Assembly (NCBI GenBank): GCA_044892525.1
Contig: CM097885.1
Span: 37,388,001 to 37,448,000, forward strand
DNA: 60,000 bases
Direction: 5' to 3'
Origin: Schmidtea polychroa
Lineage: Eukaryota
Shown here: positions 1 to 12,291 of the stretch, one piece after another
Layout: every line of letters starts with the position of its first letter
Numbering within the stretch: the stretch's first letter is position 1
Made by a program: the position numbers and the translations under genes
Notes under the pieces: model-generated
Seen by the model: the letters and a program-made list of their open reading frames with translations, nothing else
Database searches by the model: none
What the model was told of the DNA's origin: nothing

Positions 1-2
1 GC

Positions 3-1626
3 CCTGAAATAAGAAATTTCTTCAAAATTCTTGAATCAGATTATAAACCGTTATCTATGGCAAAAGATGCTCCTCCTGTCTTGAAAATGTTGCGTGAACA
101 TCCGGAATTAAATGTTTATTGCGATTTAATCGAAAAAATCGTTGTCAGTAAAACGCTGATCCAAATTGGAAAAGTTTATAAAACTATTAAAGTTACTGAA
201 TTTGAAAAACTTTGTCCATATGTAGATTCTTTGAAATTACAGACAATTGTATTTAATCTAATTCGTAATTTGGAGTTGCCAATCAGAATTGATCATCGAT
301 CTGGCATTCTCGAATTCGATGTCTATACAGATTTGGGAATTAGTCAAAGGAATGATACCGATTTAATATCTCAAGAGATAAATGGTATAAGTACATTGGC
401 TAGACAATTGTCGAAGTTTTCCATTGCTATTTATGAGGTTGCTGAGCACATAGGTTACGTAGACATGGAAAAACAACAGAGTCGTGAATGGGTTCGACAG
501 TGTTGTTCTAGAAAAATCAATGAAGCCCATCAGCTGATGTTAAATAGGAAAATTTTGATTGAGACTCGAAAAGAAGAAATCGAAAGATTAGAGGAAGAAA
601 GTCAGCGAAAATTGAATGAACAAATGCGCATATTAGACGAGAAACGCAGGAGAGAAGAAAGCAACCGATTACGAGAGGAACAGGAGCAGTTACAGAAGAA
701 AAAAATGGAAGAACAAAGAGAATTGCATCAGAAAAAAATGATTAAGGCTAAAATTACTTATTTAAAGAGCAGCGATGCGGGGAATAAAGTATTGAAAAAC
801 TTCACTGAAAAAGAATTGGAAGAAATGGATGAAATTAAACTCGTCAAAATGCAATGCGATGAAAAGAATCGATTGAAAGAGGAAGAAGAAGAACGGTTTA
901 GGAAATTAGAACAAAAAGTTGATTACTTCCAGAGAGCATTGAGACTCGAAGAAATCCCTAGGATAAATAACTTTCAATTAGAGAGTTATGAAAAGGCGAA
1001 AAAAATGTTCGACGACAAAGAAGAAAAGCGAAGAAACGATTCTCAGGAACTGCATTTATTGAGGTTGAGGGATAAAGAATTGTGCCTGAAAATTCAGTCA
1101 GATATCGAGAGTTACATCGGGTCACTTTTAAAAGAAACGGACGAAGATTATAAAGCACAATTGAGAGAGTGGGAAGCCAAGAATGATGAAATCAAACAAA
1201 TATATCGTGAGAAGCGCATGGCTGAATTGATGGAACAGAAACGTCAACAAGATATGATGAAACAAAAGGAATTGGAAGAAGAAAATGAAAGATTAGAGAA
1301 AGAGAAAAGGGAAAAGTTAGAATCTGCTCCGAAAGCTGGTAATTTTGCGATGGGTGTATTATTGATTTGTTTATTGTGATTACAGTTACGTACATTCCAC
1401 CACACTTGAGGAACAAGCAAGCATTAGCAGGTGGCGCTAATCAGATAACATCTAGTCCTATCCAAACTGAAATGAATGCCGGTCGAGGGAGCAATATGAG
1501 TCGCAATATTCCCACAATAGATAAAAATAAGAAATCCAATGGTAAACATTTTTCGTTTACTATTTGATATATTGATTTATCATTTCAGATTCAGACGGTG
1601 GATGGAATCGTGTGACGAAAAGATAA
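3..1626 (+). CDS. EIF3A: Eukaryotic translation initiation factor 3 subunit A, 5'-partial; exons <3-1338, 1386-1541, 1589-1626
   Basis: Open frame from window start with PCI-domain end (LIQIGKVYKTI...IRIDHRSG), long E/K/R coiled coil with DYFQRALRLEEIP. Removing two 47-nt GT-AG introns (1339-1385, 1542-1588) gives YIPPHLR and the C-terminus DSDGGWNRVTKR*. AATAAA at 1654 and 1705. Confidence 0.9.
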
Positions 1627-2149
1627 CAATTTTGATCGTATTTGTGTTCTTTCAATAAATTGATTATTGTTCACTGTTGCTTATTGAATTATTAAATTGT
1701 AACGAATAAATGTTCTATCTAATTTATATATACCAAAAACCAATAAGTGAAAGTCTATTAATTCGCCGATAGGGAAGTTTTATTTAATTTATTGTAATTT
1801 CATTCTTTGGTGTTTTAATAAATGTAAATAGTACATTTCAAGTTGTTCTATAGTGAATTTAATTTTCGCATTAAATATTTCTATACAAAAATTCATAAAT
1901 TACGGTACATTTTGCATTATATTAAGGACTAGTATAAGTATAGTGACTACATTTTCAGAAAAGAAACTAAAAAAAGCAAAAACTCTGTTATTATCAGAAC
2001 GTTTGGAGAAAAGCCCGGAAATGTCAACCACCCTGCTCATGCGAACAAAAGAATCAGAAACGGGGAAGCGAGAGAAGGTTCCTGGAAATTCGGTACCTGG
2101 AACCTGTGAGATCACATCAACTTACAATCCGAAGCACATTCAAACTTTC

Positions 2150-2650
2150 ACCGTCCCGGCAATTGTCTTCAACTACAGCGTTGATTTTCTCATAGATTCG
2201 GGTGCCGATGCAAGCGTATTGGCAACAAAGTTGTTTGAACTGAATCTATCACTTGACAGAAATCGAACAAGAATCAACGCCAACAACTCCATCATCGAGA
2301 ATTATGGTAACAAAGAAATATCGCTAAAATCTGAAGGCTTTCAAAAATTAATCAAATGGATATTTGCCGTAGCAAATCTCAGCAGACCAATAATAGGAGC
2401 AGACTTTCTGGCTCACTTTGATCTGAATGTCAGTTGCAAGAACAGGCAAATCTTCAATATCAACTTCAGAATGCCCAAAAGGTTACAAAAAATATCAAAA
2501 ATCAATAGTATATTTTGTGAATATGATGACATTATCTTTGACCCACAAAAGCCACTAATCAGCACCAAACCAGATGTTCAATTGAAAATAACAATAAAAG
2601 GAGAAGCAATAATCACTCTTCAACGAACATCTTGCCAACTACGCCAATAA
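2150..2650 (+). pseudogene. Ty3/Gypsy aspartic protease remnant
   Basis: FLIDSGADAS catalytic motif and PIIGADFLAHFDL; truncated before RT. Confidence 0.8.
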
Positions 2651-3285
2651 ACAAAATGATTTTGCCATCTTCCTCGCAGATCGCAAAGATTTTACTGTAT
2701 TCGAATTTGTACAACCTACAATTTACAAAAATTGGAAGGTCTATTGCGACTATTCGATAGGTCTCGATGTGACGTATTATTGTAGGTTCTACAAATTCTA
2801 CAATAATGACTCTTCTTTAATCATTTCACTTAACTTAATCTTTTTTCTCTTCCGTTAATCATATTGTCTGATTTTAACAAATTTCCTTTTATCTACTGTC
2901 ATTTTGTTCGTCACTACCTGAAGCAAAATGCCGATGTTCCTAAGTTTTAGTTCCTCTATAAAGTTAATATTAATCGCATTGATTAATGGCGTTTTGACTA
3001 AGTCATCTTTATTTGACAATCTTTACCTTGGGGCCTTTTTCTTTTGTTCTCATCGTTGAAAGAAATAATTTATTGTCTTACCGTGCGTCTCCCTTGTGAT
3101 AAACGTTTTCCGTTTTCCCATTATTCGTGCTGTCATGATAATGGTTTTCCAACATCGACTTTGTTTACATCTCTTTCTGTTTACTTAGCTCGAGTTTTCC
3201 TTAATTGATTAATTAACAATTTTCTATTTTGTACATTTCCTTGCATTTCAATTTAATTTGCGTAAGGGATCGTGCAAAATCTGCC

Positions 3286-3940
3286 TTAAAACACCTGATA
3301 ACGACAAGTCAAAATGGATTCCGTCAACGATGTCAAGTTTATCGCCAAAAGCAACCATATCTTTTGCCGATGGTGAGTTGTTGCGAAGGCAATGTAATGA
3401 AAACATAGGATCGTGCAATATAGCGTTAGTACAGCGTGAAAGACAGTCCGCGATAATGTTTTCTTTGCCGGCAATGTGGCGTATTTCGCAGGAAAATTCA
3501 GAGATATAGTTGATTTGCCTATGTTATGTAGAGAAGGGTCTTTCATTCCAAAAAGATAAGTTAACGGTTTGTGGTCTGTGTAGATGACGAAAGGACGACC
3601 TTCAAGCATGTGCTTGAAATGTTTGATAGAAAAGTATATGCCTAAGATTTCTCTGTCGAAAGCGGAATATTTCCGTTTCACAGAAGAAAGTGTTTTTGAG
3701 AAAAACTCTAAGGGTTCAGAAAGGTCATTATGTAATTGGTGTAATACCAATTGCAACGTTTGATGCGTCAGTGGTCAGACTCCAAGGTAAATCAGAATTG
3801 AGAAAATTAAGTGTTTGGATTTTTGAAAGTGCCGACTTAGCGTTTTCGAATGCATTGAGTGTGGTATTGTTACATGATACTATAGATTTTTTTGGTTTCG
3901 AGACAAGACCTGATAGAGGTGACAAAATATCAGAAACCCC
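3286..3940 (-). pseudogene. Ty3/Gypsy RT connection/RNase H remnant, frameshifted
   Basis: LTTDASNVAIG, FFSKTLS...KYSAFDRE, HFKHMLEGRPFVIYTDHKPL. Confidence 0.85.
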
Positions 3941-4158
3941 TGGAACAGATATGCAAGATTTTATGATGCCTTTGATGAAATCAGTTTCAAAGAAAACAAA
4001 AATTGGTACATAACAATTGCAATCCAGGGATATAAAGTTGATAATAATGATGTGTATTCTCCTATTTGGAAAATTATGTCTGGTAGACTTTCACAATTAT
4101 TTTAATGTTGTATTTAATGTATTTAATAAATGTATTAATCATATTTGTTTTTTCTCTT

Positions 4159-4386
4159 TGTTAGGGATATTTAAATAATTAATTTATAAATAAAATATAT
4201 ATTATATTATAAGAAAAAGTATAATAAGTATAAAAGCTGGCACGCATAATTATCATTATTATTTAATTAATTAATTCGCCATTTAAATCGGGTGTTTTAA
4301 TAATACCAGAGTTAGGCAATAATTTGTATTTTGTATTTTGTATTAAAAATAAATATTTGTAGATTATTAACTGGTTATTATTAACA
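4159..4386 (+). repeat. 5' LTR
   Basis: TGTTAGGG...TTAACA, direct repeat of 11552-11779. Confidence 0.97.
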
Positions 4387-5507
4387 TGGCGACCCTGGCA
4401 ATGATCAATAAAATGATCCCGGATATTTACGATGGCAGCGTCGATGTAGACGTTTTTATTGGAGAATGCAAGAGGTATTTCCAATTATGTGGACTAGAAC
4501 AATCCAGCCAAAGTATGATGATCAAATGTTTAATCGCAAGAGAGTTGTTGCCAATTTATGAAGCAATAGAAGAAAATGAAATTTGTTTTGAAGACAGATT
4601 GAAAAAGGCTTTCAAGAAACCAACGACGTTGATAGGGGATTTTCTAACCCTCTGCAATTATGAAAAGAACGATGATACTGCTCCAGTATATTTCGAAAAA
4701 ATAGAAAAGATGATTGACCAAGTTCTGAAGCACAAATGGGACAAGAAAGAATTAATATCATACTTTTTTGTCCATTGTATCAAAGACAAGGATACACAGA
4801 AAGAAATAAAGATGAGAGATGCGGTGAGCGTCGACGAAATAAAAGGAGTGATAAAGAAGGTCGATGATATAAACATTGAAGTATCCGGAATTTCAGTTTT
4901 GAATAGAAGAAAGGAAACGTTTGCGAGTGTTGTCAAGACGAGACAAGGATTTGCCGATAGACAGAACCAAAGTAGAACTTTTACAAATTCACAACGAAGT
5001 GAACACAGATATGATTCAACACCGAGGATAAAAGCCGATAATTTCCAGAACAGATTCCAACAAAGAGAAATGCCGGTTAGAAGCAGACCAGTTATTACAT
5101 GTTGGAATTGTCAGGAAGTGGGTCATATGAGTCGAGAATGTCGGAAACCAAGGGTTCAGAAATGCTTCCAATGTGGAAAAGAAGGGCACCAATCCAGAGA
5201 GTGCAATCAGAGATTACAGAATGCAGAGATTAGATGTTTTGCGTGTAAAGATATTGGACACAACAGAAGAGAATGCCCATCAATATCGTGCTCAGGATGC
5301 GGTAGAAGAGGCCACCTACGATTTCAATGCTGGAATCAGACAGACAGAAGAAGATACGCAGACGAGCGGGGATCACCGAGACGGACACAGGTAGCCGCGT
5401 TTCAGACTGATCAAGCCGAGAACGACGAAAAGATTTCATGCCAAGACGAAGACTACCCACACCAAGAAGCTCCATCGTTGGGCGAGATGATCGGAGCAAT
5501 GAATTAA
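4386..5507 (+). CDS. gag: Gag protein with four CCHC zinc knuckles
   Basis: Intact 373-aa ORF: CWNCQEVGHMSREC, CFQCGKEGHQSREC, CFACKDIGHNRREC, CSGCGRRGHLRFQC. Confidence 0.92.
   Translation: MATLAMINKMIPDIYDGSVDVDVFIGECKRYFQLCGLEQSSQSMMIKCLIARELLPIYEAIEENEICFEDRLKKAFKKPTTLIGDFLTLCNYEKNDDTAPVYFEKIEKMIDQVLKHKWDKKELISYFFVHCIKDKDTQKEIKMRDAVSVDEIKGVIKKVDDINIEVSGISVLNRRKETFASVVKTRQGFADRQNQSRTFTNSQRSEHRYDSTPRIKADNFQNRFQQREMPVRSRPVITCWNCQEVGHMSRECRKPRVQKCFQCGKEGHQSRECNQRLQNAEIRCFACKDIGHNRRECPSISCSGCGRRGHLRFQCWNQTDRRRYADERGSPRRTQVAAFQTDQAENDEKISCQDEDYPHQEAPSLGEMIGAMN
4387..4400 (+). promoter_or_regulatory. Primer binding site, probably tRNA-Arg
   Basis: TGGCGACCCTGGCA directly after the 5' LTR; complementary to a tRNA 3' end ...GGTCGCCA. 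Confidence 0.75.
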
Positions 5508-8500
5508 TGGGTAATAATGACGATTGTCTATGCCAGTATAATTGTATAAGTAAATATAAATATATTAATAGTATTAGTAGTAAAGTGAATAGTATAATTC
5601 CTTTTGTAAATAATGTATATAATGTAGAAAATATTAATAATAACGTGAATAGTATAAGTCCTTTAGTAGATAATTTAAATAAAGTAAATAATAAAATGTT
5701 GGATGAGAATAATGTAATCAGAAATAATGGTAGCAGTAGAATTGTAGGAAATATCGATATAGTTGGAAAAAATAATGAGCTAGAAACAAATTTTAAAAAA
5801 GCGAATCAATGTAATATAATTGAAAGTGTAAAAAATAAAGTTACGGATATTCATGATGCAATTATTTTAAATATGCCTAATGAAATCAATTTTGAAAAAA
5901 TAAAAATTGATGACGATAATAAAAAAGAATGTAAAAATAATTGTACTCAGATTTTATCGATAGATGACGTAAAAAAATTAAAAAAAACCAGAAAATATGA
6001 TTTATGTACATAATGAAAAGGAAAAAATATTTGATACATGTGACTGTAAAATACAATATAGAAGTGAAACATATTTGAAGAAGGATGAGTATAATATTGT
6101 TTATGATAAAATGGGTGGACGTCCAAGTGTAATAATAGGCATAAATAATTACTTTAAGAATTGTTTGTTGGATACAGGAGCTAGAATGAATGAGATTGAT
6201 AGTTCGATTATAAAGAAGATCGAAAATTCAGTTTTAAACGAACACAGAGGCAAAATCTGGTGCGCAAATGGTAGTCCATTAAAAACTTTGGGAAGAATCA
6301 AGCTTAGAATAAATATAGGAAGTAGAGAAGAAAATATTGTTTTTGTAATAGTTGAAAATGTATCTCCATCGATAATTGGAGGAATAGATTTATTACGTAG
6401 GTTTGACATAAAACTAATGAAAGTTATCGGAAATAACATCGAAAATGCAAGCGAATATAATAATATGGAAATATGCAACATTGAAGCCAAATTTGGGAAA
6501 AGAACGAGTGATGAACTTCGATTTAAAAGAGCAATAGAATTAATAGGATTAAGGTGTGACAACAAACTTTATGGAGTAATAAAAAAAAATGCCGAAGTAT
6601 TTATGATAGATAAGTGGGATATAGGCAAAACCAATCTATTAAAGCATGATATTAAAACTGTTGAAGGACCAATCCATTTGAACCCAAGAAGACAGCCAGC
6701 CCACCTAGAAGAAAAGATTGAAGAAGCTATTAAAAATTTGGAAGAAAACGGCATAATTAGGAAGTGTGACTCACCGTGGAATACGCCGTTAGTATGTGTC
6801 TGGAAGAAGGAGAAAAATGATATTCGATTATGTTTAGATTTTAGAAGTTTAAATAAAATGACAGAAAGACAAATCTTCCCAATGCCTAATATCGAACAGA
6901 TGTTAGATTCATTAAATGGATCAATGTACTTTAGCACCATTGATCTGGGAAGCGCGTATTATCAGGTTGAATTGACAGCAAATTCGCAAGAAAAGACAGC
7001 GTTCTCAACAAGATCTGGGCAGTTCTGCTTTAATAGGATGCCATTTGGGATTGCTGCTGCTCCAGCTACATTCCAAAAATTAATGAATATGGTTTTAGGA
7101 AAATTATTATGGAAAATTGCTATAGTGTATTTAGATGATATTTTAATATTCTCAAAAGACAAAGAAGATCATATTAAAAGAATAAATGAAGTATTAGAAA
7201 AAATAAAAGAAGCAGGATTGAGAATAAATCCTGAAAAATGCAAATTTTTGGTGAAGGAAACAAAATTTCTTGGTCACATCATAACTTGCGAAGATGTTAA
7301 AGTCGATGAAGCTAAAATAGAAGCAATAAAAGGATTTCAAAGACCAAAATGTTTAAAGCAATTGAGGAGTTTCTTAGGACTGTGTATTTATTACAGAAAA
7401 TTTATAAAAAATTATTCAAAATTCGCAAGAATATTAGAATCGATGTGCGGAAACAACAAAGACAAGTTAGTTTGGTCACAAGAATGTCAAGAAAGTTTTG
7501 AGGAATTGAAGAAAGCACTATCAACTACACCAGTTCTAATATATCCTGATTATGAGAAAGAATATATTTTGGATACGGATGCTAGTTTCGACATTATAGG
7601 AGCTGTTTTGTCACAGATTGATGATCTAGGTAATGAACGTGTTATTGCCTATGGTTCACATACGATGAGGAAACATGAAATAGGATACTATATCACGAGA
7701 AAGGAACTTTTAGCAATTTATTACTTTGCACAGCATTTTAAGCACTATCTTTACGGCAAGCGATTCCAGCTAAGAACGGATCACAAGGCTACAACATTTA
7801 TGATGACAACATAAAAACCTATAACGGCACAATTTCAGACATGGATAAACTTCTTGAGTAGTTTAGATATGGATATTAAATATCGAAAAGGAATTGACCA
7901 TTCGAACGCTGACGCATTATCGAGAGATAAATGTGGGAAATGTACACAGTGTATGGAAATCCATGAAGATGCCAAGACAGAGAAAGTAAAAACCAGATTG
8001 TTGGCAATGATAGCCACTAAACATGGATTGCAATGGCAAAAAGGTAATGAAGAGATAGAACATATGAGAAAAGCAATAGATAAAAATGAGACTACAAGAT
8101 TTAAAATCATCGAAGATTTAATTTTAACAAGAGAAAATAAAATTTGGATTCCAAAAGTAAATAGAATAGAATTTGTCAAAGAGATGCACAAAATGTTGTG
8201 TCACGCTGGATGCAAGAAGGTAATCGATTATATAAAAGTTAATTACGATATGGAGGAATTAAATACAATCGCGACTCAATATATTCAAAGTTGTGAAATA
8301 TGCCAGAAACGAAAAACATTGACAACAAAAACAAAAGAACTAATTGTAAAAACACAAGTGGCGGAACCGTTTGAGGTTATAGCGATATATTTTTGTGGAC
8401 CTTTGCAGGCAAACATTCATGGAAAGAAATATATTTTGGGAATTATAGATATGTGTAGTCGATACATTTCGTTGACAGCAGTAGCAAAGCAGGACGAAAA

Positions 8501-8721
8501 AACTACAGCGGATACTATTGTGAAATTCTGGATATTAAAATACGGGGCACCGAGAATTATTCAAGTTGATTGTGGAAAAATATTTGAGTCTAACTTGATA
8601 AAAGAGTTGGCTAAGAATCACAATATACAGCTACAATTTTCTAGCCCTTATCATCATAACACTAATGGTTTGATTGAAAGACAATTTCGAACAATACGAG
8701 ATTTTATCAGTACATCATTAA

Positions 8722-11127
8722 TAGGGTGGAGCTTAAAAAATAAAAAAAAATAAAAAAATAATTTTTGAAAGTCTTACCCCCCTAATCTGTTCCTTATGGT
8801 ATAGAAACACTGTATAAAAAGTTTAAGCAATAAATTTTTATGTTTAGAGGTAGCTCAAGTGCCTGAAATATGATAAAATTTTTGTAAATTCAACAAATTC
8901 TGATTCTATTTTATTTTTTTGCAAACTTCAGTGTTACACACATAGACATTAATAGTGAAATGTTTCTTTAGCTTCTGACACAAACAATCTGTAAATGTCC
9001 AGCAAACTTGAAATTAACTGTTATTATGTAAACCCAGAGATGGCGGACAGAGTCTTTTTCCTGCTGTCGGGATACATTTTGCGATGGTCCTGGACAACTT
9101 GCAGCAAGAATTGAAGTTGTGTTTCATCACGGGTGATTAATCCACTGTATTCCTGAATGAGGGCCACTCCACGCTCAGCATGGTCATTTACAACTTTTAG
9201 AGATGTAACTGTTTCTGCAGCTTGTTTGTAATCATCTCTGTCTCCCCACAAGTCTGGGTCAACTGTAAGAAATCCATCTGGCAGTTCAAGCTGTTGAAGC
9301 AGAATCATTGATTTAGCTGTGACAAAATCTTCCAAGTTTTTCTCTTTGAATGAACCAAGAGCAACTGTGATACGTTTGCAATGATCAGAATCCTGGTTTT
9401 CATCATTTTGCATGGCACTCACCATCAGTCGTTTGGTTGACGAACTGACCCGACTGTCGAAAAAAGCCAAGCTTACCAGTTTCTCAGATAAGTACCACAA
9501 ATGATTTGCAAACTTGCGAGATGTTGCCTTTGAAATGACTGCATGTATTGATGAGTACTCGAGCAGCGACTTCAGCAGCAGCAAGTCACTGAATGGAGCA
9601 CCTGCTGCTTGAGGTGCAGATATCCAAGCTTTCAGGTACACTCGTACTGCAAATACACAAACATCACGCAACCCTCGCTCTTCTGCAGTAGTCAGCTTGA
9701 ACTGCGCCTTGAACATCCAAATTTTTAGGCTGTATATCACCTTGGACATCCAACGAGCATGGTGCATTGCACCAGGTGCCATGAACCGTACACCTCTGGG
9801 AGGAGCAGCACCGAGGAAGACAATTACAAGTTCCAAGAATTCTTTATAGTCATCTCTCGGCTGACTCTGTTCAAGATACTTGTTGGCATAATCGACGGTG
9901 TCTTGCTTTATATCCTCCAGTAAACTTGCTACGTCATCAGCTGTAGTGCCTGCTTCATACTTAGCCGTATCTATAAATCTCCAGAACTCTTGAAAGCGTT
10001 TGAAGAGTGCAACTTCTGGGGAGGATGAGGCTCCCATGCAGACCTGGAAAACTGCCCCAATTATCAGTTCCATAATGTGGTGCCTACAAGCCAGTGAAAA
10101 CAACTCCTTCTGCTCTGCTTTTATGTTGGCAGCTCTCTGAACTCGATGTTCTACCCTAAGTCGTCGAATCGAGTTTCTGTTTAGAGCAAGTTCATCGATG
10201 TTCTGTCCCAGGCTTTTAGCAGTTTCTGCAATAACGAAAACAGCCTTGCGATCTGACACTTTAGTTCTTCGATACTTCTGTAATGGTAACAGCCGATGAT
10301 TGTCTTATTGTCTCTTTCAGTTCCAGATGGTGATGTAGGAAGAGTCCAAGAGCCATACGTAAAGATGGCAGCTTGCTGCCACGTAACTGAGTCACGGAAT
10401 CGCCAAGAAGATACAACTCAGTTTGAGATCGTGTTGCTTTTGCAACTGATGACATTTTCTTACAGAAATGAATCTGAAATGAATATTATAAAAATAGCAT
10501 TGACTTTGGAATCATGGATTGATATGTTAATTTGAATAATTGTATTACAAAATTCACATTTACTTATCTAACTAATCTATATCTTCATTTAATTACTATT
10601 CACACTTAAACATTGAAAATAATATTCAATATTCAAATAACATTCAACTAACTTACCAGCAGCTATAGATTCAGGAAGGCTTGCTTCACTTCAGTGGCCT
10701 ACCAGCAATTTAATGCTCACTTTAATAGTAGTGTTATCAACTGTTTACAATTTAAATTTATAAACACATTTGTCAAACTCCTGCAATAGCCAGTCCACAC
10801 AGTAAACATACTAAACAAGTCTGATCATGCCTGGACTATGAAGAATTTGTGTTAATTGTATATTGTAAAAATAGGATTGAAATGTTGTATGATTATCAGA
10901 GTCTGAGAAAGTCTCAATTTACTTAGTTCTCAGTTACTATAGTAAAGTACCGTAAATAAATGGGCGGCCGCTGCTTAAGAGTATCAGAAACTTCTCTGTC
11001 CTTGAGCTACCCCTAAATATTGTTCAATTGTGTTCATATTTTGCCTGGATTTTTCTTTCATATATAGGAACAGAATGGGAGGGTAAGAAGGTAATATTTT
11101 GAAAGTTCAAAAATAAGCTCCACCCTA
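8722..11127 (-). mobile_element. hAT-superfamily (hATm-like) DNA transposon inserted in the Gypsy integrase
   Basis: TIR TAGGGTGGAGCTTA / TAAGCTCCACCCTA, perfect 8-bp TSD ATCATTAA (8714-8721, 11128-11135). Confidence 0.93.
9024..10455 (-). pseudogene. hATm-like transposase, internally deleted and frameshifted
   Basis: LACRHH, PGAMHHARWMSK, HLWYLSE and LKVVNDHAERGV motifs; broken at 10260; the expected N-terminal catalytic Asp region appears missing. Confidence 0.8.
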
Positions 11128-11539
11128 ATCATTAAGAGATAAACTTAAGAGAAATTGGGTTGAAGTGTTACCTGAAATTGAGTTTACTTTAAATGCTACC
11201 ATTCAAAGCACAACTGGAAAGAGTCGATCAGAAGCAGTATTTGGTTTTCGGATATCTAGAGAATGGAACAATAATAAAAGAATATACAACGATAGAAGTA
11301 AAATAGTGGAGGAAGTGCAATCAAAACAAAGAAATTTAAATTATAAAAATGAGAACCGAATACACCGAGAATTCGATATAAATGAAGAAGTTTTAGTTAA
11401 AGTAGATTTGAGAAAAAAAGAGGAGGACCGATATACAGGACCTTTCGTAATTGTTAGAAAGATCCATGCAAATAGTTATGAATTACGAGACAGAGATGGG
11501 AAAATTATAATCCGCAACGTTGAATGGCTAAAACCTTTT

Positions 11540-11551
11540 AAACAGGGGAGA
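11540..11551 (+). promoter_or_regulatory. Polypurine tract
   Basis: AAACAGGGGAGA immediately before the 3' LTR. Confidence 0.8.
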
Positions 11552-11779
11552 TGTTAGGGATATTTAAATAATTAATTTATAAATAAAATATATATTATAT
11601 TATAAGAAAAAGTATAATAAGTATAAAGGCTGGCACGCATAATTATCATTATTATTTAATTAATTAATTCGCCATTTAAATCGGGTGTTTTAATAATACC
11701 AGAGTTAGGCAATAATTTGTATTTTGTATTTTGTATTAAAAATAAATATTTGTAGATTTTTAACTGGTTATTATTAACA
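11552..11779 (+). repeat. 3' LTR
   Basis: Direct repeat of 4159-4386. Confidence 0.97.
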
Positions 11780-11959
11780 CTCTTTATTAACAAAGACAGT
11801 GCAACATTAATGCAAATGATATTCAAATTTAACAAAGACAATCTTTAAACAAACTTACAATATAGTTTTAAAGTGATGAAAATGACTACAGAAAAAGTTT
11901 AACATGATTAATTAATTACCGAATTATTTATTATTTAGAATTTGTAATCAACTTTTCGT

Positions 11960-12262
11960 TTTAAAAATTAGCAGAAATAGCTGGAGTAAAAGTGGAGGAC
12001 ATATTCATTAAATATAGGATGGGTAGTTGAGAGTCAAGATTCAGGATTTGATGATCAAGAAGTTGAAGAAACCGACGATACTCAAGAAACTATTAACACC
12101 AAAGAAATTAATGAGGAAATCTATGAACCTATAGATGAACCTATAAATGAACCATAAGATACGATAAATATTACGAATGATAACGTTTGTAACAATTGTG
12201 TAGATCACGTCGTCGAAAATGTTATGAAATGTGGAGGTGACGATTGCGAATGTGTTAATTAA
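11960..12262 (+). pseudogene. Decayed acidic ORF with Cys-rich C-terminus, unknown function
   Basis: Reads ...SQDSGFDDQEVEETDDTQE...EP*DTINITNDNVCNNCVDHVVENVMKCGGDDCECVN*; one stop and a probable frameshift. Confidence 0.4.
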
Positions 12263-12291
12263 TAAAATTTAAAAAATAAAACATAACTACA

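Larger units (their letters stand above)
5507..11557 (+). pseudogene. pol: Gypsy pol (Asn-rich leader, protease, RT, RNase H, integrase), disrupted
   Basis: LLDTGA, YLDD, ILDTDAS, H2C2 and integrase core. Frame change near A-runs ~5970-5997, in-frame TAA at 7812-7814, hAT insertion 8722-11127. Removing the hAT restores ...STSLRDKLKRNWVEVLPEIEF. Confidence 0.92.
4159..11779 (+). mobile_element. Full-length Ty3/Gypsy LTR retrotransposon, recently inserted, now inactivated
   Basis: Two 228-bp TG...CA LTRs with 2 mismatches, 5-bp TSD CTCTT (4154-4158 and 11780-11784), PBS, PPT, gag then PR-RT-RH-IN. Confidence 0.97.

Noticed and set aside
1339..1379. eIF3a C-terminus GNFAMGVLLICLL from the ORF track
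   Set aside because: Read-through into the 1339-1385 intron
6149..8191. Antisense ORFs over Gypsy pol
   Set aside because: Shadow frames of the coding strand with no independent motifs
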